From Faecalibaculum rodentium (GTDB taxonomy: Bacteria; Bacillota_I; Bacilli_A; Erysipelotrichales; Erysipelotrichaceae), in assembly GCF_001564455.1 (NCBI RefSeq), contig NZ_CP011391.1, forward strand, positions 120,001-152,000: a stretch of 32,000 nucleotides of DNA, written 5' to 3'. The translations under genes and the position numbers were made by a program. This document shows, piece after piece, positions 25,205 to 32,000 of this stretch (positions within the stretch are counted from its first letter, which is position 1; each line of letters begins with the position of its first letter). The notes beneath the pieces were generated by a model, which was not told where the DNA came from, made no database searches, and was given only the letters and a program-made list of their open reading frames with translations.

Positions 25205-27544
25205 CTATTCCTCTCTTGTTTCCATGATGGCGAGTTTCATGATCAGGACCAGCCGGCGAAGGGCAGGCATGTCCTCCGGTGACCGGATGGCGGAAATCTC
25301 ACGCACCCAGTGGTTTCTGCAGCCCGGATCCTGCACTGTCCGTGACAGGCTGTACAGCAGAACAGGGACCCGCCGGCTGAATTCGTTGAAGTCATCCACG
25401 TCCAGGACGCTCATCAGCCGGTAAAAATTTGTCCTGGAGATCCTGCTTTCCCGGATATCCCCGCGACAGGCGTCCACTGTCTGCAGAAGCCCGTGATACT
25501 GACTGAATGGAATGGAAGTGGACAGCAGTGTCAGGCTGTTTTTATCCGGCATAGACTTGGACAGCTCCAGCTGACCTTCCGCTTTCTGAATGCCAAACCG
25601 GACGGGTTCCTGGGGCCTTTGAATGAATACACCGCCGGAAATGGTCAGGTTTTCGTTGTGCGTGAATTCCAGAAATTTGCTGTGGATTTCATCCGCAAGC
25701 CGCAGGATACCGGCAGCTGGGCCAATGATCACCAGGTCATCGCCGCCGGCGTAGTCAATGTAAAACATGGTATCCGTTGCTGAGTCCAGATCCGGATTGA
25801 CGGCGAGACTCACGTCCTGACAGATTTCCGGCAGTTGCTTGCCGAAGAAGACTTCCATCAGCCGGCTGAGGGTCAGGAATTTCGAGATAGACCTGGTTTC
25901 CCTGGGCAATCCGTAGGCGAAAATCGCTCCCAGGTTGTCGACATCCATTTTCAGGATGGCCAGCTTGGGATCTCCCCAGTTGGCTTCAGGAGCCAGTTTC
26001 GCGATTTCCTCAAAATTCTGAATCCGGAGAGATTTTCCATTGGGGTACAGAGGCACATCATTGGCGATATAGCGGGTCAGGCCCAGGCGGCTCCGGTTGA
26101 TGGTTTCCACATAGCTGAAGCTGTCATGCAGGGATTCCAGCCCTTTTGTGTTGACCAGAGAGAAAGAGGCCGGCCCTATATCGAAGGTGACACCGTCTTT
26201 GTCATCCAGCTCAGGCTGTCCAGAATACGAGAAAACGACATACAGGTCGTCGTTTTTCACGAAGAAATCCGACAGCCGGGTGATGATGTCGCAGATCGGA
26301 CAGATATCCTGAGTGGTGAAAACATGCTCGCAAAGAGGGCACAGCTTCTGTGTCGAAGGTTCTTCATGGAACAGTTCGGATTCTGCAATCTCCGAGAATT
26401 TTCTGGTCTTTTCTTCCTCCAGAATGGATTTCAGCTCGATTGCCTTGTCCGGCTTGAAGCGGATGAATTCATCCCGGGTCACCCGGATGGAGGCATAGAC
26501 ATAGGTGATATCCGTGTGAAAGATATCGAAGAGATCCCTGAGGAGCTGCTGCGATGTGGCTTTCAGCTTCCTGTCATAGTCCTCCGTGTCCGGGAGCAGG
26601 AGCAGGGCGCCGCCTCCGGTGCTGAAGAGAATATTGGCCTGTGTCATCCCGAAAGCATGCAGATAGGCGTGGACAATGAAATCCGTCACCAGGCTGATGA
26701 AGAGCGAGCGGCCTCGAAGCGCTTTGGCAATGCCTGTTTTCTGCTGGCCGCCCTCTGTGACCTGGAAGATGAAGTTCTGAATTCCGGAGATGTCAAACTC
26801 CAGCAGCCGGAAGCAGTCCGAGTCCGAAGCCGCATAGCAGGAGCCAATCGCGGCTGTCAGTTTTGAATGGTCGTACAGACTGACAAACGTCCTGTCCCCT
26901 TCATAAGTGGATGCAGGGACCAGGGAAGCATATTCATAGAGAAGACCCAAGATCCGGTCAAAGGAATGCCGGTCGCGGCTGCTCAGTCCCTGGGGCTCTG
27001 CCAGGATTTCATCAATCAGCTGCTGATAGAGTCCGGCGTACTCTTCCGCCGCTTCCTTTTTGGAGGAAACGGGCAGACCGGTCTCCGGACTGGAGGAGCT
27101 GCTCAGCGTTGACAGGCGGAATTTGGAATCCTTTCTGTTTTGGCCGAAGTCTATTTCAGAAAAAATGCTGTTGAGCCGGACCTGCTGGAAGGAACTTTTC
27201 TCCCCCGTGGCCTGGTCGGTGTCACCGATATCATCATCACGGTCGATTTGCGCAGCGAGGCGGTCCGCATCCTGAATGTAACCGGAGAGCGGCTGGTTCA
27301 GAGGCGGGTTCAAGTGATGGGAGCTGACGGCAGCTTCAAATTTGCTGTCCTGTTTCAGAATGTCCTGCAGAAACCGGCTGGTATATCCGGCATGCAGGTG
27401 GGTATGATAGCCGCCCTTGTGCACAGGGGTCATGTATTTCTCCTGCTCTGTCAGGTCGGAACGGGTCAGGGTCCGCTGTCCCATCTTGCCGATATCATGC
27501 AGCAGACCGCCCAGAGCGGCATCCAGAATATTTTGAGAGATCAT
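25205..27544 (-). CDS. cas10: Cas10/Csm1 (HD nuclease + Palm/cyclase)
   Basis: HD motif GGLLHDIGK plus DADRLAA; zinc finger CPLCEHVFTTQDICPICD; cyclase motif IDYAGGDDLVIIG. Preferred start ATG 27544 (SD GGAAGGAG 5 nt upstream); the track start 27550 is a GTG. Confidence 0.95.
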   Translation of the reverse strand: MISQNILDAALGGLLHDIGKMGQRTLTRSDLTEQEKYMTPVHKGGYHTHLHAGYTSRFLQDILKQDSKFEAAVSSHHLNPPLNQPLSGYIQDADRLAAQIDRDDDIGDTDQATGEKSSFQQVRLNSIFSEIDFGQNRKDSKFRLSTLSSSSSPETGLPVSSKKEAAEEYAGLYQQLIDEILAEPQGLSSRDRHSFDRILGLLYEYASLVPASTYEGDRTFVSLYDHSKLTAAIGSCYAASDSDCFRLLEFDISGIQNFIFQVTEGGQQKTGIAKALRGRSLFISLVTDFIVHAYLHAFGMTQANILFSTGGGALLLLPDTEDYDRKLKATSQQLLRDLFDIFHTDITYVYASIRVTRDEFIRFKPDKAIELKSILEEEKTRKFSEIAESELFHEEPSTQKLCPLCEHVFTTQDICPICDIITRLSDFFVKNDDLYVVFSYSGQPELDDKDGVTFDIGPASFSLVNTKGLESLHDSFSYVETINRSRLGLTRYIANDVPLYPNGKSLRIQNFEEIAKLAPEANWGDPKLAILKMDVDNLGAIFAYGLPRETRSISKFLTLSRLMEVFFGKQLPEICQDVSLAVNPDLDSATDTMFYIDYAGGDDLVIIGPAAGILRLADEIHSKFLEFTHNENLTISGGVFIQRPQEPVRFGIQKAEGQLELSKSMPDKNSLTLLSTSIPFSQYHGLLQTVDACRGDIRESRISRTNFYRLMSVLDVDDFNEFSRRVPVLLYSLSRTVQDPGCRNHWVREISAIRSPEDMPALRRLVLIMKLAIMETREE

Positions 27545-27556
27545 GGTCACTCCTTC

Positions 27557-28795
27557 CTAGAGCGCATCCACAATGGAGAGCATTTTTTCAGTCAGATATG
27601 GCAGGCGCTCCTTGTTTTTAAGGGTGTTGCCGTGGTTGATGGGGTTTCGAACCTCGCTGAAAAAGTCCAGAATGGTTTGTTGTGCTTCCGGGTTGCCGGT
27701 GACGAACCGTATTTTCTTCACACCGGCACCGGAGAACGGGACATAGCTTTCCATGTCATACCATTTGGGCGGTACGTAGTCTTTGCCGAGAATCAGCGAG
27801 TCGCGGATGTATTGAGAGCAGGTATAGCCGAAATCTTTCCTAAGCCAGTCCGGAAGATGCAGCAGGCTGGCCACCTCAGCCATGGAAGATTTGGGAGAGA
27901 TATTGCCCAGAGCAGTCCGAATCAGTTCTTCCCGGAAAAATTCATCCGTGAATGTCACGGCGTTCTGGAATCTGTGGTGAGCCAGAAGAACCCGAATCAG
28001 GGCTGATTTCTGATCCTTCGTTTTCGGATGTGACAGCACGCCCCGAAGCTTTTCACTGATTTTCTGCGTCAGAGGAAGCAGCATGAAATATTTGTCCGGG
28101 TCCTTCGTAAGACTGCGTGCGGTTTCCGTGATGCGCTGAGCGATGTTTAGACAGGCGTCGAACTCGCACAGTTCCAGCATTTCATTGAAATCAGCCAGTC
28201 TTTGCAGAAACAGCTCCACTTTCTGATCTGTCGTAACAAATCCTTCCCAGTCTGCAACCTGGGCTGTCAGGGACTGGTCGAACTGCGAGAGAAGGCTGCT
28301 GATTTTCTGCGTCTCATAATCATTCAGCACATCGGTGATGCAGCATTCTTCCTGAGCCGATTCGTAGTATTTCATCATCCCATAATAGATGTGCCTGATT
28401 TTCGTGTTCTTCATCTGCTCGGCATAGCGCAGGGCGAAGAGGAATTTCATTGGCAGATGGCGGAAAGAGTGCGTTACGTCGAAGAGAGCTTCCCCATCCT
28501 GTTTCAAGTGTTCCTGAAGAAGTTTTACAAAGTCTTCGGTGTCCACATCCGCAGGCAGCATGATTTCCGTGATTTTCACATCCGGAAGCAGCGCCCGGAG
28601 TTCAGGAAATGTTTTCTCCTTAACTTCCGGCGTGATAAAGACCAGAACCTCGGAAATTTCATCTGCATGTTTTTTGTATATGACTTCCTGCAGGTAGCGC
28701 GCTATTTCAATCTCTTCAGGTTCGTTTTCAAAATAGGTGCAGGCTTCCCGGTAGCCGTTTTTGCCGCCTGTACCCAAAAATGTAAAATATTGCAT
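27557..28795 (-). CDS. csm6: Csm6/Csx1-family CARF-HEPN effector
   Basis: 412 aa. CARF-type N-terminus MQYFTFLGTGGKNGYREACTY and FDVTHSFRHLP (DxTHG-like). C-terminal HEPN R-x4-H motif EVRNPINHGN. SD aggaaagga before ATG 28795. Confidence 0.8.
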   Translation of the reverse strand: MQYFTFLGTGGKNGYREACTYFENEPEEIEIARYLQEVIYKKHADEISEVLVFITPEVKEKTFPELRALLPDVKITEIMLPADVDTEDFVKLLQEHLKQDGEALFDVTHSFRHLPMKFLFALRYAEQMKNTKIRHIYYGMMKYYESAQEECCITDVLNDYETQKISSLLSQFDQSLTAQVADWEGFVTTDQKVELFLQRLADFNEMLELCEFDACLNIAQRITETARSLTKDPDKYFMLLPLTQKISEKLRGVLSHPKTKDQKSALIRVLLAHHRFQNAVTFTDEFFREELIRTALGNISPKSSMAEVASLLHLPDWLRKDFGYTCSQYIRDSLILGKDYVPPKWYDMESYVPFSGAGVKKIRFVTGNPEAQQTILDFFSEVRNPINHGNTLKNKERLPYLTEKMLSIVDAL

Positions 28796-28976
28796 AACAT
28801 TCCTTTCCTGGACTTTCTTCTAAAAGGGCAGAGCCCGATTAAGTAATAGACTCATTAGTATGTCACAAGGACAAATAACATTATAGCTTACCGCAGTTCA
28901 ATGTTCTCTGTATTTTAAGCGCTTTCAACAGAAAGAGATAACGAACGAAAGACAATTCAGTTTAGTCTTAAAGTGA

Positions 28977-29151
28977 TTTATCGACAATTACATAAAAACA
29001 AGCCGGAATTGGAGCAAATATAAGCCTGTTTTTCCATCAGCGTCGATTGAAATGGGCTTATAATCCTCTTGTACCAGCCTTTTTTGCAGCAGGAAACTGG
29101 TTTTGTTCATGTATGGGAAACAAAAGGAAGGGAACTGTCTGCGATAAGTCA
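28977..29151 (+). promoter_or_regulatory. CRISPR array 2 leader (175 nt), homologous to the array 1 leader
   Basis: The same blocks at the same offsets as 16951-17125: TTTATCGAC 28977-28985, CGTCGAT 29041-29047, TATAATC 29059-29065, CTTGTA, GTTTTGTTCATG, TGTCTGCGA, TCA next to repeat 1. No convincing -35. Confidence 0.7.
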
Positions 29152-29931
29152 GGTAAATATTGTTCTTATTAAGGATTAACGCTAACCAAGACTTTTCCAT
29201 CTTTGTGGTAAACTGTGATATTTGGTAAATATTGTTCTTATTAAGGATTAACGCCGTCAAAGAGATATTCACGGATCTTTACGTCTTGTGTGGTAAATAT
29301 TGTTCTTATTAAGGATTAACGCCCGCCATTTCTGCAATTTCCTAAGCGTCTTCCGGGTAAATATTGTTCTTATTAAGGATTAACGCATGTTTTCTTTATC
29401 AGTCGCTTTAGCAAAGTTGTAAGGTAAATATTGTTCTTGTTAAGGATTAACGCGGTACATAACTGCATTTTCTACAGTCTCATAGGTTGTGGTAAATATT
29501 ATTCTTATTAAGGATTAACGCTTCCACATTTCATAGGCAGCAGATTCCATCTTGTACGGTAAATATTGTTCTTATTAAGGATTAACGCTGGAAATCACGT
29601 CTTTCCATCCATCGGAATGCTTGTCCGGTAAATATTGTTCTTATTAAGGATTAACGCGTCATAGTTTCGAGGGTTTTGAGCTCTCTGAAGAGCGGTAAAT
29701 ATTGTTCTTATTAAGGATTAACGCCAGTTATAGGCTTTGATAGCCTTAGCCACAAGGTCAGTGGTAAATACTGTTCTTATTAAGGATTAACGCGACAAAT
29801 CCGTACCACTTATAACTGAAGACAACGTGGTAAATATTGTTCCTATTAAGGATTAAGGATTAACGCGGTTCCTCCGGCACTTCGGGAATATCTGGTTCTT
29901 CAAAAATATTGTTCTTGTTGAAACGGGTAGA
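29152..29931 (+). CRISPR. CRISPR array 2: 11 repeats, 10 spacers, plus one vestigial terminal repeat
   Basis: Same 31-nt repeat. Spacers 33-41 nt. Point variants at 29439 (A>G), 29501 (G>A), 29771 (T>C). Repeat 11 (29829-29866) has T>C plus a 7-nt internal duplication (aggatta-aggatta). Vestige caaaaatattgttcttgttgaaacgggtaga at 29901-29931. Confidence 0.95.
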
Positions 29932-29967
29932 TCCGGCCTTAGATGGAGGCGGATCTGCCTTGTTTTC
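29926..29967 (+). terminator. Hairpin terminator after array 2; homolog of the hairpin in leader 1
   Basis: ggtagatcc (29926-29934) / ggatctgcc (29951-29959) followed by ttgttttc. About 80% identical to 16965-17007, with stem-preserving substitutions. Confidence 0.65.
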
Positions 29968-30001
29968 TCGTTCGCTGCCGGTTGCGGCCATTCGAAACAT
30001 G

Positions 30002-30053
30002 AAAAAGCCAGCCAGGACTCTCCCTTAAGAGAAAGTGCCGGCTGGCTCTTTTC
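30002..30053. terminator. Bidirectional hairpin terminator downstream of the dehydrogenase pseudogene
   Basis: aaaaa-agccagcc (30006-30013) ... ggctggct (30040-30047)-cttttc. Confidence 0.65.
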
Positions 30054-30079
30054 ACTTGCTTTGTTCCAGGCTTGACTGC

Positions 30080-30990
30080 TTAAAAGTGCTCCTTGTTGGC
30101 AATCATCGACTGCAGCTTCACCGCGATTTTGTTCTGAACTGTCCCGAGCTCCCGGGACCGCGGGTCCTCCTGCACGATGTGCAGGGCTGTCGGCAGTCCG
30201 ATGATGTTCAGCATCTCGAAAGGCCCGTAAGGAGTGCCGGTCTCCGTCTTGATCCCCAGGCCAGGTCGATGGCCTGGGGATCGGCAATTCCCTCTGCCAC
30301 CAGGGTCTAGGCCACATTCAGGAACGGAATGAGCAGCGAATTCAGGAGATATCCCGCATGCTCTTTGTTCATGACAATGGGGCACATCCCCATCTTCAGG
30401 GCATAGTCCTTCGCTTTTTCCGTCGTGCCAGGCGCTGTCAGCATCGACGGCATGATTTCACAGAGATTCTCCTGCCAGATCATGTTGGCGAAGTGCATCG
30501 CCAGAAAGTTTTCGGGGTATGACACATCCGGAGTCATCTGCGAAGGCAGCAGCGAGGAGTTATTCGTCGCGACCACTATCTCCTTTGTGATGAAGGGCGC
30601 CGCCTTTTTGAAGAAATCCTGCTTCGTGCTCAGCACTTCCGGCAGGCACTCGTTCACCAGGCCCGCATCGGCTAGCGCTTTTGCCAGATCCGCTTCATAG
30701 TCGATCTTGTCTCCGGCAGACTTGATCACCTGCACTGAATCTCTCAGACCCGCAAGGGCCGGCGGCAACTGTCCTGACTGGACGGCACTGTATATCTGTT
30801 CAAGTTTTTCAATCCGGGGCTTTGTCCGGGTAATGGAAGAAACTGTGTGTATCCGGAACGTCATATCAAATCCGCATATCGCACCCTTGGTAGTCGATCT
30901 GGCTTCCAAGGGTGCCGCCTCCGGCAACTGTGGAACTGGTCCAGATTCGTATCGGCACTGTAGCCCAGGGCTACGCCCATCGCGATTACA
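30080..30990 (-). pseudogene. 3-hydroxyacyl-CoA dehydrogenase (Hbd-like) pseudogene
   Basis: Homology is split over three frames. The Rossmann motif VAGGGTLGSQI is in one frame. The body AICGFDMTF...IVVATNNSSLLPSQM...LAMHFANMIW...GYLLNSLLIPFLNVA (ORF 30307-30927) ends at in-frame TAG 30309-30307, and the same frame continues TLVAEGIADPQAIDLAW. The C-terminus LGIKTETGTPYGPFEMLNIIGLPTALHIV is in a third frame (ORF 30080-30385). Frameshifts lie near 30885 and 30265. Confidence 0.8.
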
Positions 30991-31500
30991 TATTCTTCAT
31001 CGATACCCAGATCCTCTGCAAGAAGGTCGAGGTACTTCACCAGTTCATAGGCTGGCATGAAACCGATACCGAGATTCCGTGCGCTGAGCATCAGTCCATA
31101 GCCGAAGGATCCCAGGTCATACACAGATCAGGGAGTGGAGTTTTTGTGAATCGCCAGATAGGTAACGGTCGGGGCATCGAAGAGATTGGCATTCACCTTG
31201 GAGAAAGCGGGTAACTTCTACCCCATGAAGTCTTCGCGCTTGACGTCCCCAGTCGGCCATGATGTGTCGGGGCTGTTTTGCCCACTCTGTCAGGTGCATT
31301 ACGCGGAAGAATGAGTGACCGTAATCTCCCTCTTTGTCCATTTCTTCATGACGGGCGCGGATCCTGGCCAGTGTATCTCCGGTTGCGATATACACCTTCC
31401 ATGCCTGCGCATTGGCCCAGCTGGGGGCTTTGCCTGCCTGCGTCACAATGGTTTTCAGATTATCTTCGCTGACAGTTCTGATGATGGTTGCTGGGGGGCT
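30861..31500 (-). pseudogene. Nitroreductase-family pseudogene
   Basis: N-terminal part TIVTQAGKAPSWANAQAWKVYIATG (ORF 31117-31446, no ATG start). Frameshift near the G run at 31247-31250. In-frame TAG at 31220-31218 (EDFMG*KLPAFSKVNANLFDAPTVTYLAIHK). In-frame TGA at 31130-31128 (NSTP*SVYDLGSFGYGLMLSARNLGIG...VALGY). Confidence 0.8.
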
Positions 31501-31532
31501 CAGCCCTTTTTCAGTTTTTGCGAAAGCCAGGG

Positions 31533-31576
31533 ATTACCGCCATTTTACCGCCAAATGGCGGTAAAATGGCGGTAAT
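31533..31576. repeat. 44-nt perfect palindrome (21-bp arms, 2-nt centre), candidate operator
   Basis: attaccgccattttaccgcca-aa-tggcggtaaaatggcggtaat. Each arm carries two direct TTACCGCCA units. On the minus strand it begins 3 nt downstream of TATAAT (31584-31579), with TTGAGG (31607-31602) at 17-nt spacing. Confidence 0.6.
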
Positions 31577-31580
31577 TCAT

Positions 31581-31604
31581 TATAAAAGGAGGCGGCTGCC
31601 TCCT
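31581..31604 (-). terminator. Probable terminator of the CBS-domain gene
   Basis: Minus strand aggaggc-agcc-gcctcct followed by tttata; the T tract is short. Lies 8 nt after the stop at 31612. Confidence 0.45.
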
Positions 31605-31611
31605 CAATTGA

Positions 31612-32000
31612 TTATTCGGTTGTCTCGTCCTTCACGTTTCTGTCACGCATCAGATACGCGAGAATGTTTTTTCGCGTCACGATCCCTATGAATATATTGC
31701 GGTCATCCACTACAGGCACGAAGTTCTGTTCAAGGCTTGCAGCCAGAAGCTCCCCCATACTGACATTGAATGGAACAGCGTGCATGAACCCCGGCCGAAG
31801 AATCTCGCCGATGGTGATAGTATCCAGGTCCGTGTCCGGATGGTCTGTCAGGTAGTAGAGAAAATCGCCTTCCGTGACGGCGCCTTTGTACTCTCCATCC
31901 GGCGCGACCACCGGCACCGATGTGTAGCCATGTTCACGCATGAGCCACATCCCATCGCGGAGACTCAGGTTGTCATAGAGAAAGCTTGTTTGCTTCTTGT
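31612..32000 (-). CDS. CBS-domain protein (5' end probably beyond the window)
   Basis: HGYTSVPVVAPDGEYKGAVTEGDFL...FVPVVDDRNIFIGIVTRKNILAYL is a CBS pair pattern. The frame stays open upstream of the track start (KKQTSFLYDNLSLRDGMWLM) to position 32000. Confidence 0.75.
   Translation of the reverse strand, partial: KKQTSFLYDNLSLRDGMWLMREHGYTSVPVVAPDGEYKGAVTEGDFLYYLTDHPDTDLDTITIGEILRPGFMHAVPFNVSMGELLAASLEQNFVPVVDDRNIFIGIVTRKNILAYLMRDRNVKDETTE

Noticed and set aside
22289-28846. Plus-strand ORFs inside the cas operon (22289-23128, 25835-26866, 27140-28006, 28202-28846)
   Set aside because: Each lies antisense to a cas gene with clear family motifs. None has an SD or a recognisable domain.
30307-31220. 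In-frame TAG and TGA codons as programmed recoding (pyrrolysine, selenocysteine or an alternative genetic code)
   Set aside because: The same genes also carry frameshifts. TGA, TAA and TAG all act as ordinary stops for intact genes in this window. No SECIS-like or PYLIS-like context is evident. Pseudogenisation is the simpler reading.

Overview
High-GC, Clostridia-like chromosomal window (taxonomy is an inference from codon and SD usage). A type III-A CRISPR-Cas locus sits between housekeeping and salvage genes.

Left part (1-16.9 kb):
- pstS-C-A-B phosphate transporter operon (minus strand; pstB truncated at the window edge), with a four-hexamer Pho box at 11-bp phasing.
- An ECF S-component plus P-loop kinase pair, and a CNNM/CBS/CorC protein.
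- Two tandem paralogous lipoproteins.
- A ~1.96-kb group II intron (RT/maturase ORF, canonical domain V) inserted 6 nt from a perfect terminator hairpin.
- An XRE regulator plus membrane-protein pair, and a MATE exporter.
- A nucleoside-salvage cluster (cdd, udp / deoD, deoB) followed by a lone PTS EIIC.

Middle part (16.95-29.97 kb): a complete type III-A (Csm) locus on the minus strand, csm6-like(CARF-HEPN)-cas10-csm2-csm3-csm4-csm5-Cys4 cas6-like-cas6-cas1-cas2. It is bracketed by two arrays of a 31-nt AT-rich repeat (31 copies; 11 copies plus 1 vestige). Repeat decay, homologous 175-nt leaders and spacer polarity all place both arrays on the plus strand, antisense to the cas operon.

Right part (30-32 kb): two adjacent decayed genes (3-hydroxyacyl-CoA dehydrogenase-like and nitroreductase, each with frameshift and in-frame stop lesions), a 44-nt perfect palindrome beside a promoter-like element, and a partial CBS-domain gene.

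The CRISPR-Cas locus is a recognisable subtype, not a new system. The most unusual points are the extra Cys4 Cas6-like RAMP, the leader and flank repeat structure, the antisense spacer polarity, and the intron-terminator association.
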